Below are positions 50,630-64,000 of a stretch of 64,000 nucleotides of DNA, in pieces. The position numbers were made by a program, and so were the translations under genes. Below the pieces are notes generated by a model. The model had not been told where the DNA came from and ran no database searches. It saw nothing but the letters and a program-made list of their open reading frames with translations. The stretch is from Leucoraja ocellata (taxonomy: Eukaryota), in NCBI GenBank assembly GCA_036785375.1, contig JAWMAR010000788.1:434001-498000 (forward strand), written 5' to 3'. Each line of letters opens with the position of its first letter. Position 1 is the first letter of the stretch.

Positions 50630-50749
50630 CTTTTATGCCTGGTTTCTTCCCAGAGCTCAGCTGGCCGCTAACGTCATGTAACCTGGTATCCAGCTCACTC
50701 TTCGAGTCTAGCTGGAGGTCATCGTTCGATTTCCCTGGGACTTTTTTCA
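50630..50749 (-). CDS. BRD4: Extra BRD4 exon encoding a BRD2/BRD3-type post-ET coiled-coil segment (probable cassette exon)
   Basis: Acceptor TTTGCAG|, donor AAG|GTTGGT, 120 nt, phase 1 to 1, no stops: (V)[39 protein letters not shown]; resembles BRD3 [31 protein letters not shown] (from memory). Confidence 0.88.
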
Positions 50750-52825
50750 CTGCAAACAGCATCACACAACAAGATTTGGACCAAACACTTTGGTACCATT
50801 ATACAGGTACAACACAGTGAATAAAAATGACTCTAATTTGGCACATGGGATCAGATGCAAATTGAAGGAAGGAAAAGCAGCTAAAGGGGAAAAAAAAGGA
50901 TCCATTCATTGTTTGCAACTTAAAAAGCCAATAATCTAAAAGAGAATTTAGCAAATGTTTGGAAGCATGTAGCGAGGTCATGATAATTTTGTTTTGTGAA
51001 ACATAAACCACATTTTAAAAATACTGAAGTATATAGAATGCACAATTCAATTTATTGCCAAAAACATTCGAACCAAAGAGCTGCTCAGATGATCAGACCA
51101 GAGGGAAAGGGAGTGAGGGTTAAAGAAGATTCCTGGCCACTGATTATAAATAAGTCAACTTCAAAAAAAGAACCATAAAAGGCACATGAATTGTGAGGAA
51201 TAAAAAAACAATTACTTTAACCAAACTTGGACCAAGTTAAATTTAATTTTAACCACTTTCACTCATAGTAAAAGGCTAATGGTTGAAGCAACCGGTCAAC
51301 AAAGTTTCTCAACTTTCCCAAACCATATACTAGCTGCCATGACAACCAGAGATTTGCTACGGCAACAGTGGAAGTATCCAGTCTTTTCCTTCAGCATGGT
51401 TAGCATTATAATGAGTTATATAACCCCAAGAAAGTGTTTCAGTGCACCACTTTCGTTCTCATTTGTTTTGTTATGAGAAATATTACCTACAATATTTTCC
51501 CCCCATAAAGATTTACTTTTATATTATGACGTCACTACTGAAATTCACGATTTTTGCCAAATTCAAAATAAATTTAACTGGAGAAGCCAAATCTGGTTCA
51601 AGATGAAAAAGAAAATAGTGTACCTCTGAAAACCAGCTGTTGCTCTGATCTCTAGGTTAAGCAGCCCCAAAGATGTCAATACCCAACCTGTGTGTGCCCA
51701 TTCCACAAGTCCAATGATGCTGTGACAGTGTAGATCATTTAACAATGATCACATATCCAAAGTAAACATAAGATGATTGTTGCCATAAAAACTGAACATT
51801 ACAAATGTCTTCCAACAAAAAAAAATGCAGAACAAACCACCCAAATCAGGGCCTGTTCATGGTGCATAATGAAAACATCATACATCACCAATAATTATAT
51901 CAAAATTCATCCTCACTGGAATCAGTGAATTAATTGGTTATTTATCTAATTTGCAACTACCAAGTTATCAAAATACATTGAAGCAGATTATCTACTCTTT
52001 GAAGTTAATACAGCAAGTCCTTTTCCCCCATCACCATACAAAAATCCTACAAATTTGAATATCAATAGCTTCTGCAACAAAGAATAAAATGGTGTCGTAT
52101 ATGTACAGGCGGAGAAATTTGTGTTCAATTCTACACGTTTCTGGACTAATTGGGGAGAAAATTAAGTACGGTAAGTATCTGGATCTAATCTAGGCCTTAC
52201 ATATGCGTCCAAAAGTTAGATACTAAGAGCATGCAAATTCAGATATTTATCTCATAGTTTCAAGGTTAAATTACCAGCACAGAAAAGAGTTACAAAGGTC
52301 TAAGTTTCTGAACTTTCCTAAAGCATTTTATTAGACAGTATATTTTTATGTACAATGGCATGCTCCTGGCATTTAGAATTTAGAAAATGAAACTGTCAAA
52401 ATCAGAGCAAGTTTTCAAGGAATGATGATGCAGAATAATTGTCCATAGTTCTTCTAATTTAAGGATAAACTAGTTGTTACTCAAATTGTAGTTTAGTACA
52501 TTAAATAATGCTAAAGCAGCACGGGATGTGTGTTTTACAGGGGAGGATAGGTGGCCAAAACAAATATTGTTGATTTGCTTAAATCCAAGATTGCCAAAAA
52601 GTGTATTTACAATCATATCCTAAGAATTTAAAGATAACATTAAGGATGGTCATGTATTGATTCTACCCAATCCCACACAGCAAACCCACGATAGGCCCAC
52701 AAAGACAAGAGTACCAACTGTATATATGATTAGCACTGTCTGGTAACATGTACGTTCCTAATGCTGTAAATCTGCCATGGCTTACCTGGAGGATCACATT
52801 GTGGGACTGGCTAAGACTTCACTAA

Positions 52826-52895
52826 AGTCAGTTCAATTGGATGATCAGCCAAGGGCCGAATGGCCTACTCCTGCACCTATTTTCTATGTTTCTAT
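52826..52895 (+). mobile_element. CR1 extreme 3' end
   Basis: TTGGATGATCAGCC...AAGGGCCGAATGGCCTACTCCTGCACCTATTTTCTATGTTTCTAT. Confidence 0.75.
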
Positions 52896-53129
52896 CTGAA
52901 CCTAAATTGGGCAAGGGTTGGTCTTGTGAAATATTTATTCTCAGTATCACAGCATTTTGATGTATAATGTGAGCCAGCCAGAATACTGGGGCGAAGTCTA
53001 AGAGATTAGGTAATCTCAAATACCTTGATACTCAAATAAAACCAAGTCAATCTATGCAATGTGTTTGACCCACATACGAGTTCCTGACAATGTATCATTC
53101 CTATCATCGAGATCGGCTATCACCACCAG

Positions 53130-53520
53130 TTTGAGATTCTCCCATGATGAAACATGCCCTTCCATCTGGGTCAAGAACCCTCAGGATTTTACATTGCAAT
53201 CAAGTCTCACTCTTCTAAACTCCAGCAGATGCAAGCCAAGCCTATCCAACCTCATTTTAAATATTTGTCTCATAAACCTCTCTAAGCTGCTTAACATTCT
53301 CAATTTCATACGTTTACTAATGCTGTATGTGTGCTCCAGATGTAGTCCAATAGCCAATGTAACTGAAGCATGAACTTTCTACTTGTGTATTCAATAACCC
53401 TCGCAATAAGATTGTTAGCTTTTCTAATCACTGTGTGCTGGCATACTAACCTTTTGAAAAATAATGCACGAGTTCACCCCGATGCCTCTGCATCCTTAAG
53501 TTTCACAGAATATGATTTCC
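53130..53520 (-). mobile_element. Old CR1 ORF2 fragment
   Basis: CCCTCAGGATTTTACATTGCAATCAAGTCTCACTCTTCTAAACTCCAGC reverse-strand CR1 signature. Confidence 0.55.
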
Positions 53521-55968
53521 TATTTTCACTTTACAAAAACATGACTGAACTTATCACTACAAAACGTACTCATACTTTATATGCTATAAACTATTGAGAT
53601 CCTGGTCATTAGATCGCTCTTTATAAAGTCCTTGACCGTGACGATTCACTCATCTTCCCAAGGGCCCAACAAGGTGTCGGGACCTCCAAATCTGGACTCT
53701 ATTTTAAACACCTCTACTGACAGCTGTACTTTTAGACATCTTGGCATCATGCTCCATAACTCTCCTCCTCGATAAATGTCCCGTAAGTACCTTAGACACT
53801 GTTTTTGGTCACTACCATTGATATGGCCTGTGACACCATTAAAAGGACACAAACATTACTCTTAAGTATCCTGGTACATTTGGCTACAGTAAAGGCACGT
53901 TTTATTTGTGTCTTAGTCAGCTAATAGTAGTGACAAAATGTGTTGGCAACATGGGTAGATTTGCAATAGCATCTGTCCCCACAATAGTGAAGGTCAGAAT
54001 ATCATGGCATATAACCATCTCCAATGACAATCTGCAAATAAAAATATCCAAGGACATGTTTTTGTTAGCATCTTGGACAAAGAGTAAATTATACTCTGGT
54101 TTATTTTATTTTGATATGGTGGGATTGTATCATGAGACAAAATGAATTTGTACCGTGTCAGCTCCTTAGAATCAAAAGTAAATAAAAATAACCTAAGTAT
54201 AGCATTAGTAATCTTAAGAAACGTGTGGATAACTCACTGGAGGATGCAAGAGCACTTGGCCCCCCCAGTGAATTATCCATGCATTGAGTTATATTGGAAT
54301 TAGGGAACATTATTTGGATGTAATTTCTCTGTATTCATGGGTATGCTGTATTTGATTAGGCAAGTTTAATGTTGGTCCTGGGTAGCTAACACACCAAGCT
54401 TCCATTTGAGAAGCACCAAATAAGAGAAGTGAATGGTAGTTTAAAATGTGTAAATCTTAAATTTACAGTCAAGTGTACCAGGAATATTTCAAAAGGGAAA
54501 TACGAAAGAAATGTGGCTTTGGGCCAATAATCTTCAAATGTTCCAGAATTTGAGGTTTATTGCTAATTGACAACATATTGTATTGTGAACAACTGACTGA
54601 TGGTCCATTTGGCCGTGTAAATTGTCTTCCTGTAGTCACTTTTTGGATACGAGAGGAAGCTTCAAATTAACTTTTTTGTGCCATAATTATTTCCTCTGCA
54701 TGAAACATGGATCCGAAGTCAGCGGGAAAATATTGCAGCAAAATGCAACAATTCAGAAGCCAAACAAACCACTACATAAAAATAACTCAAATACAGAACA
54801 GGTTGAACCATGAGATCCATGGAAATTGGTTGGTGTTTAATTTTACATTTGCTGCCTTCTGTAAAATCAGCAAATTCCATCTCCAAACCTGGTGAGTGAT
54901 GCCATCAGACTGTTAATTCATGAGGTAAATCATGTTCCAAACTAAATAGATACCAAAGCACTCCACTATCTAACAAGCAAGCAAGGAGGTGAACAGTTAA
55001 CTGGCCCTGATTGATTACAAGTCCTTTGGACTCAATCCCCTATCCCTGTGAAGGAATGTAGGTGGAAGGGGAGGGAGCGGGAAAAATTAAATAGGTGCAT
55101 CCAGGTGGGCCACAGGGGAAGGGGAGTGAAGGTTTGGGTAAGAGAGCGGGTTTCGTAGTTGCATAAAATCAGAGAATTCAAATGTTCATACCGTTGGTAT
55201 ATTCTGCTTGGGTGGCTTATAACCCAACAGTACGAACATTGAAATCTCCGATTTTAGGCAAGTACAACCCCCCCCCCCATCTCCATTCTCCCCACCCCCT
55301 TCATTCCTTTCAGCTTCACAATTGCAATGTTTCAATCCTTTGTGTCTTTTTTTTACAATAAACGTGACTCGACTTGAATTTCCACAAATTAAACCCAACC
55401 TGAAGCTTGGCCCTGAAGTAAACCTGGCATTTCTTTTCTTCCCGTCTTATAATGCCCATCAAGATTACCATCACAACTGTCATTTTAGCGTTCTTGACTT
55501 TGAGTCCCCAACCCAAACAATTACATTCCCATGCTGCACCTCTATCATGCCATGTAGTGCAACTCTCCTAGAGGACATCAGCCAGACACTCCTCTCCCTC
55601 CTTCAAGATGTTTCTTCTTTGCTCCTCTAACTGACCCTTATAAGATGACTTCAGTCAGACTTCGTTAATTAACAAGAGAAGATGAGGAAAAATAAATAAA
55701 TCACGCCTTAATAATGGGGATCTGGAATTCACTGCCTGACCAGGGTGGTGTAGGGAAGCAGCAACTCATATTTTATTTAAAAAGATGAGCAACTGATAAG
55801 ATTTAACCTCCAAGACTACATAAAGAAAGAGTGGGATTAATCTAATAAACAGTTTTACCTTTAACTTTAATAGATCATCTAATACTTGGTACACATTCTA
55901 CAGCTCTGACACTTGGCCTTACTGCAGTTAACGTACTTTAGGGATTTATACGCTACACAATTTTGATC

Positions 55969-56018
55969 ATTCAAATCAGAAACAATTTAGTTTATTCAAA
56001 TCAGAAACAATTTAGTTT
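55969..56018. repeat. Perfect 25-bp tandem duplication ATTCAAATCAGAAACAATTTAGTTT x2
   Basis: Seen directly. Confidence 0.9.
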
Positions 56019-57074
56019 ATTAATCAAATTAATTGAAAATAAATATAGTACTTTAACCTATTATGATTAAATATATTTGATTTCAAAGGTCACATTTTTA
56101 TGCCCCGCCTCAGGATGACCAAAACATTAATTAACCTGATTTTTCCTGTAATCGTCTTTGGAAAACAGATAGGGGATGAATTTGGGTAGCAATACCAAAA
56201 AAAATCAGATGGTAACTTAGTCAATGTTTTTTAACCTCTATGACACTAAGCAAATTGAGGGCCACAATTCACCATGTCATGAGGAAATATTTTTGTTAAC
56301 AAAAATAGTTTTATTTGCACGGAAATGTCAAATTGACACTTGGGTGGGGAAAATATCAAAGAGCATTCCTGTTTCTGTTTCCTATCAAACCAACAGCTGG
56401 AAAAATTACTGTAAAATAAAAAAATACCTGCAGTTCCTCATCGTGGAAGAACAGTCATTCTGGCAATACAAGAAGGTGAAAGGAAGCTGAGCGTGTCATG
56501 ATTAACAACTTACAACATACACATGGTCCTGTTTCCTACACTTCATATTGAGTCACAAAAGTGTGATCTCATTGGGAGACGAGTATGATATATTTGCAAG
56601 AGGAACTGCCAGGACAACATTTTAATGGCATTCAAATTATCCACCACTAGGTAAAACCAACAAAAGTAAATTTCATTTGCGGAATTCCGATTGTTAAGAG
56701 CAAGAGACTGAAGTTGTACAGAAAGCCATTCCAATTAGCATTGCAGCTTTTCTGCTAGCCTCGAACATGTCACTTAAACCTTGTTTAATGTGACCCTACA
56801 ATCTATCAATGAGAAAAAAAAGATGCTCTCAGATGCATCTCCAACATGTTTTAAATGTCAGGCTTTTAATGAACGTAAATTTTTTATCTTTAAAAAACTG
56901 GTTTTTGCTTCAACAAATCAGTCCCTGGCAATAATGCAGTGTGTTGACACATTGCAGAATTGCAGCAGTGTGGCCTGGACTCCAGCTGAAGATTTAGGAA
57001 AGAAACAATCACCCACGTCACGCTTATAAACCACCGAACAGCTGGCTTTCAGAGGTAAAATAAGGAAAAACCTA

Positions 57075-57626
<552 letters not shown>

Positions 57627-58027
57627 TCATGCTTTACAGAGAAGTGTGATTAATATTACTCAGTTAAGAAGACCAAGACCTAGCATTTAGCAAGATTTAT
57701 ACTTATAAATGCAGCATAACAGCTCAAAAGTTACGCCCAAGTACTCCATAACCTTTCTTCTGCTCATTTAAAGCAATAACTACAAGTATATTCACCATAA
57801 AGGATTGTAAACATAACACTTAGAAACAATTTCATTCTGTGAATCTTTGTAAGCACATATGATATTATCTCCATTTCATGAGGGTCCCTGTTTAGCAATA
57901 TTCCATCCACCCCTGCCATTTATTGCGTATGTCCTGCCCCTGACTGGCTTCCCAAAATGCAGCAGCTCACACTTGCTGGAATCAAGTTATATCGGACAAT
58001 GCTCCGCCCAACTTGTTCTTTATCATG

Positions 58028-58110
58028 GTACACAAAAATGCTGGAGAAACTCAGCGGGTGCTGCAGCGTCTATGGAGCGAAGGAAATAGGCAACGTTTCG
58101 GGCCGAAACC
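58028..58110 (-). mobile_element. 83-bp Penelope-derived insertion with a 16-bp TSD
   Basis: CTTGTTCTTTATCATG at 58012-58027 and 58111-58126. Confidence 0.85.
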
Positions 58111-59043
58111 CTTGTTCTTTATCATGTTGTAGCTTCAACTTTCCTCGCTATCCACATCACCATAACCCTCAATGCAAGGGGAAAACTCAAATACTTTGTC
58201 CAATTTAACCACATAACTGATGCGTTTTCCCTCCACTGCTCAAAAAAAACCCCAATAGTTCTACAGAACTGATCACAAATCAGTTTGAGTCACTCTTTCA
58301 CCACATGGCTAGTTCTTAAATACTACTGTGCCTTTAAATGATTGAGGAACTATTTGAGATAAAGATGGCACACATTCATTTAGTTCCAATGCAAATGTTT
58401 CCGTAAAGTGAAGACCTTCAACATTAAATCACAGGATTCAAAAATAATTTGCCTTACTGATTATTCACCACAATACAAAGCATTATCCTGCTATTTGAAG
58501 GAATGGGCAAGCATCCAAAAGATACAAAAACAATTAGCCAAAGCAGACAAGGTATACGTATGAAAACTAGAAGTTTTATGAACCTTGTCACAAATCCGCA
58601 CAAGGTAGAACAGCAGCTGAAAGTAATGATTCCTTTCTGGAAACTTTCAAAAAAATATTGCAGTTAACACCAAAAACGTCTTCAGAACCATGTGTGAATG
58701 GGTGCTCTGGATTTCAGGAGACAGAATCGGAAAACAGGAAGACACAATAGAATCAAGCTGGTTGGGATCGGACTCATCCTTAAGTTGCATCCAAATTGTG
58801 ACTTGATCCCAAATGACCAAACTGATCAAACCTGTGATCAGACTTTTTTCTCTGGGTCAATGGTCTAGTGCTTGAACCACTCTGCGGTCAACCCCCATAT
58901 CACCACATACAACTCAAATTATATGAAATTTATTTTTGATAAACTAACTCAGACCAGGCGTTCACCTGAAATAATGATTTAACCATGACTGATATTTAAC
59001 TAGTATTTGAATAACGGAGAAATTAACCTGCAAGCAGATTTAC

Positions 59044-59261
59044 CTGGGATTTGCATTGCTCTTCTTTGATCTTTTTGGCTGTTGCTCCTTAGCTTTGCTC
59101 TTTCTCTTTTCTTCCACATCATCTTTCTTTTTATGCCTCTCTTTTTCTTTGTCCTTTTCCTTCTCTTTCTTTTTCTCCTCTTTCTTATCTTTCTCTTTCT
59201 TCTTTGGTTTTGACAGTTGGGGTTGGGAAAGGGCAGCCAGCTGCTCATGTACCGCTTTCAA
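59044..59261 (-). CDS. BRD4: BRD4 exon 9 equivalent: motif B and basic BID/NLS region
   Basis: [27 protein letters not shown]...NANP; acceptor TAG|, donor AG|GTAAAT; 218 nt, phase 0 to 2. Confidence 0.95.
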
Positions 59262-59989
59262 CTATATGACACAAAACAATGCTCAAACTTAATTGCTGTT
59301 TACTTCCACAAATTTTGAACACAAGAATATGCATTTGCCTGTACCAGCTGTTGTTATGTCGTCTACTTGATGGATGCACATTCACGCAAAGTTTAGAGGG
59401 AAGAGGCAGGGAAATACTTCTGACAATATAAATAATTTTAGTAATTTTATCAGAAGGCAGGTACAACATAGATTAGTACCTGTCATCTAGTAAATACTGA
59501 ATTAGATAATATAATGCTCACAATTACACAGTATCACAAGATGGTTACAGCTTAGGAGGCAGCTGTTTGGTCCATCAAATCTGTGTTGGTTCCATGCAAA
59601 ATAAATCCAGCTGGTCCCGCGCTCATCTTCTCCCAATGCTGTGAAAATTCTGGAGATATTCTCCAGATACTATTCAATTCTATATTCAATTTGCCTCCAT
59701 TACAATCCCAGACTAATAATTTCCCTGTATAAAAACACTTTACCTGATTATTTACTTGCATGTATTTACGTGACATCAAAAAGGAAGGAAAATGCTGGAA
59801 TCTATCATTAACAAGGCACTCAGAAAATAACAACTTTATGAGAGAAATCACATTTAACAAACCTGTTGTGTTTGAGGTTATAAGAGATGTATACTTTCAG
59901 AAAGTCTTCAATATGGTCCCGAAAAAGAGATTTAAAAAAACCAGAACGCACGAGGGTTAATATACAAGCATGGATGGAGGGTTAGTTTA

Positions 59990-60790
59990 TAGAAATCAGT
60001 AGAAGGCTACACAAGTGGGATGCCACAGGGTTGGTGCTAATATCTCAGCTGTAATTAATCAATCTATATTTGGACACCGGATCATATAATATGTCCAAGT
60101 TTGTTGATGATACCATAAGCTAAGCAGCATTATTTGCTATGAAAATGACGTTAAAGGGACATGGACATGCAAAGTGAATAGCAAGGACTTAATGGATGAC
60201 GTATAACGTTAGAAAGGTAATCCACTTTTGTAAAACAAAATTGAAAGGGAATTTAAGCAAAAATGTCAGAGGAAGTGTTCAAAAGTACACAAATGCTCTC
60301 TAGAACGCAAATCATAGATAATTCACAATTGGCATTGGGAAGGCAATCAACATACTAGTTTTGACTGGAAAACTAGAGGTGGTGCATCAGGAATATTGTC
60401 TATCACTGTGATCTCCCTACCAAAAGGGCATACTTGTAATAGAGAGAATTCAGCAAAATCAGAAGATCAATTCCTCAGACAGAGGATTTATCCCGAGGGA
60501 AGATTAAAAAGACTGGGTGCATGCTCCAGTTTAAGAGAACGAGAGAATCTCAATAAATATACAAAATTCTTATAAGGGCTTTGCAGGGTAGTTGCCGAGT
60601 TGGTTGTCCCTAGCTATCGAGAACTAGGGATCTTAGCCTTGTACAAGGCCAAGATGAGAAAATATATTCTTTAAACATGAATAGTGAAAGTTTGAAGTCT
60701 TTCAGCTGAGAGTTGTGGTGGCTCAAATCACTCAGTACACCGAGGTATCAATATTATTTAGGTGTTATGGGAATTAAGGAATATGTTTAA
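59990..60790 (+). mobile_element. Old CR1 RT fragment
   Basis: AGTGGGATGCCACAGGG (SGMPQG), TCCAAGTTTGTTGATGATAC (SKFVDDT), YKILIRA-like end. Confidence 0.7.
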
Positions 60791-61138
60791 CAAGGCTGTG
60801 GGGGAGAGGGGTTCCAGGAATTTGACGGAGCGATACTTTTGTTGCCGTTGTCCTTCTAGCCGGTAATGGATTTGGAAGGTTCTGTGAAACAACCTTTGGT
60901 GAGTTATTGTAATGCATCATGTAGACAATACAAACTGCTGCTACTGTGCATCAATGGTGGAAAGAGTGAATGGGGTGCCTATGGTACAGATGCAAAGTTT
61001 CTTTATTGTTGTGAAATCTGTACACATCCAGGCAAGTGAGGAATATTCCATTATACTCCTGACATGAGCCTTGTAGATGTGGTTCTTCAGAGTTTTTCCA
61101 GGATTTTCTGCTTTTCTTTCAGTCAAGTAATTCCATAG

Positions 61139-61242
61139 ATAGATACAAAAGCTGGAGTAACTCAGCAGGACAGGCTGTATCTCTGGAGAGTAGGAATGGG
61201 TGATGTTTCGGGTCCGGTGCCCTTCTCCAGAGGCCCTTCTTC
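61139..61242 (-). mobile_element. Penelope-derived insertion with a 13-bp TSD
   Basis: AGTAATTCCATAG at 61126-61138 and 61243-61255. Confidence 0.82.
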
Positions 61243-62771
61243 AGTAATTCCATAGTTTAAGTAGATTCAAGTATATCTTTGATGGGTCTAATTGTTTTCT
61301 GAACTGCCATTCAACAAATTTTCAATTAATAAAAATGATAACATACAAATCAACCTGTTGCCAACTGTTGTCTTATCTTAGCTCTAGAAAGAATTCCGAA
61401 CATGATACACAGTGTATTCTTTAGTTCTTATTACTTATCCTCTTCCTGAGACGGGTCAGTTAAAATTTATGTTGGGGTTGTCAATTAAGCTGGATATAAA
61501 TGAAAGGTTGACTGCAGTACACCATATTCTAAACTAATTGTACCAAATCACTGTACCACGAGGTAACAATGAAATGCCAGGAGAAGTAGGAAGGTGGCAA
61601 AACAGTAACACCCACGTAGCAAAATTCCAATGCTTAGAGACTGATTTCTGCATAAAAAGTTGCACACGGTGCAAAGCAAGTGATCCAGTTTTATCCATTA
61701 ACATTTATCTTGAGTCTCAAATTCCACAAGTATTAATTCGTTATTGCTCATTGAAAGAACTTTGTGGAAATTTAAAAATACAAGACAGTTTGGAAGATGA
61801 TTCTAATATTTCCACCATGTACCTGAATTATACATTCCATATAAATGTCATGTATAATTTGCTCTCCACTTGGGTAGACGATATCCAAATTTTCTGCATT
61901 CTGTCTTCAAGCACTAAAAAGTATGTCACAAGAGGGAAAAAAGCTACCCCACATCAGTTACTTATGGCAGACATCGCCACGAGCCGCAGCACAATATGCA
62001 ATTAAACAAAACTCATTTCCACCCTACACGATTTAATCAAGGTTAACTCCAAATTTTCAGTGGTACAATCATATTCAGTGAGCCGTGAATTTAAACATGC
62101 TTTACATTTCAATTCCACCAGTTTGTTTCAAAGCTGTTATCATGAATCAATTCTGAAGCAGTATGTTTACACAAGAACCGAAAGTGTTTTGCAAAGAGTT
62201 TGCCCTCTACTAATCAATGGAAAGAAAATTGATTTTCAGTTTTCAAATTATGAGACTACAATCTGATTGAATTGCAACATTCAGAATAGCAAAGTAAAAG
62301 AAAGAGTTGACTGGTATCAAACCAAGGTCATCTTCAAAAGATGCGGTGTACTTTATGGTGCGGCTGGGAACGTCACATAATGTTCCGGAACAATTCCACA
62401 AACACTGATATTATTCATTCTTTTGACATTGATAAAATTGTGATCTTACTTGCTTAGTTGCTCAGAGATGATTTCTCCAAGTAAAGTTTGAGAACATCAC
62501 TCAGATCAGTTCTAAATTATTTGATAAAACTGATTCTTTTAAAATTTGTTCAAAAGCTCAGTCTCTTTCATAAATCACTGAGTGTTTTTTACTGGAATAG
62601 CCCAGGCTCGAGAAATAAATGTGACATTTGCTTTCCAGCTTGTAATTTAATCAGTTTATGTTTGATCAAAAATACAACACGTTCGCAGTGGAAATGGGAA
62701 TTGGTAGATGGAAAACAACACCAATTGCTGTTGTATCACATACTATCATTATATTTCCAATCCACTGCTTC

Positions 62772-63004
62772 AGAAAGATTTAATAGGAAACTGAGGGGCA
62801 ACGTTTTCACACAAAGGGTGGTGGGTGCATGGAACGAGCTGCCAGAGGAGGTAGTTGAGGCAGGGACTATCCCAATGTTTAAGAAACAGTTAGACAGGTA
62901 CTTGGATCGGGATATGGGCCAAACGCAGGCTGGTGGAACATGTTGGCTGGTGTGGGCAAGTTGGGCCAAAGGGCCTGTTTCCACACTGTATCACTCTATG
63001 ACTA
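62772..63004 (+). mobile_element. CR1 3' fragment
   Basis: RGNVFTQRVVGAWNELPEEVVEAGTIPMFKKQLDRYL; tail GGCCAAAGGGCCTGTTTCCACACTGTATCACTCTATGACTAT. Confidence 0.85.
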
Positions 63005-63898
63005 TCCAGAATTTTAATTGCCTTAAGAGATATGGAAGTTCAGAGTTAATTGGTTATTTGCCATTTGATGGCCCCATAAAAAGATGCTAAGCAAGCCATT
63101 GCAGTAGAGGCACCAACCTATGGTTGGGATTATATCAAAACTGAAGAAATGGTTAAAGTTTTGAAAATTAATATTCATACAGAAAAACTAGTCCATGCCG
63201 ACAGGTTTGAAAGACAGGAAAGCACTAATTGGTCAAATTCAAGGGCAAATTATGCAATATTATTGGCAAATTAAGCAATATTATTTTCAGCAAATTAAAG
63301 GAGAATAACTCAAGAGAACATGGTAGTCCATCAAACACAGCAGAAATAAATACGGATAAGAACAGACACAAACCCATTAAGTGTTTGAGTCTGACCAAGA
63401 ATGTCCCCACTGTAGAACCAAAGGGCATTACAGTAGGGCATGTGTAAGTTATATAAAAAAAGAACCCGTAAACCTCTGATAAACATGAACCCTGATAAAT
63501 GGAGCTGCACAGCCGATAATTGCGTTGAAACTTCTTAATGCTATGTAATCCGTGTAGACATACAAGTATATAGAAACAGAAAACTATGTGAAAATGGGGA
63601 TGCAGACAATGAACACTTTATTTAAAACAATCTAACCGACAACGTGCGTCAGAAAAGAAAACCGCTCAACCAAGAACTGATCTTTCGAAATTACCAAATG
63701 GAAAACTGCAAAAATGCAACCCGTATAAATGGATATTAGAGTTCCATTCATAATAATTTCTGACTGTCTAAGTCAAATGATTTCAAAATACCAACTCATT
63801 GTAAAGTGGTGGCAATCATTCAGTTTAAAATAACTTAAAATAATATCCTGTCTACTGCAGAAATGTGGAGCTATGATACTAAAATCATGGCTAACCTA

Positions 63899-64000
<102 letters not shown>

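Noticed and set aside
62488-63090. 200-aa plus-strand ORF
   Set aside because: A chance open frame running into a CR1 ORF2 C-terminal fragment

Overview
This is vertebrate genomic DNA, inferred to be a cartilaginous fish (probably a skate or ray) from its V-SINE, CR1, Rex1 and Penelope repeats. It holds the 3' part of a BET-family gene, BRD4, on the minus strand. I traced 13 exons equivalent to human exons 8-20 (acidic/motif B, BID, ET, SEED, His/Pro/Gln-rich IDR, C-terminal PID ending ...DLMAIFEENLF*), and all splice phases are consistent. Main findings: (1) an extra 120-nt phase-symmetric exon (50630-50749) encodes the post-ET coiled-coil 'ELxxRLxDVSGQL' segment of BRD2/BRD3/BRDT, which to my knowledge mammalian BRD4 lacks; (2) the SEED-exon donor contains an in-frame stop (ACAG|GTTAG) and is followed by about 5 kb of repeat-free UTR-like sequence with poly(A) signals, a candidate BRD4-short isoform; (3) a GC-AG intron precedes the PID exons; (4) about 13 Penelope-derived elements, several fold-back, carry minimal hammerhead-ribozyme motifs, three with 13-16 bp target-site duplications. 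Family assignments rest on recalled motifs, not database searches, and repeat boundaries are approximate.
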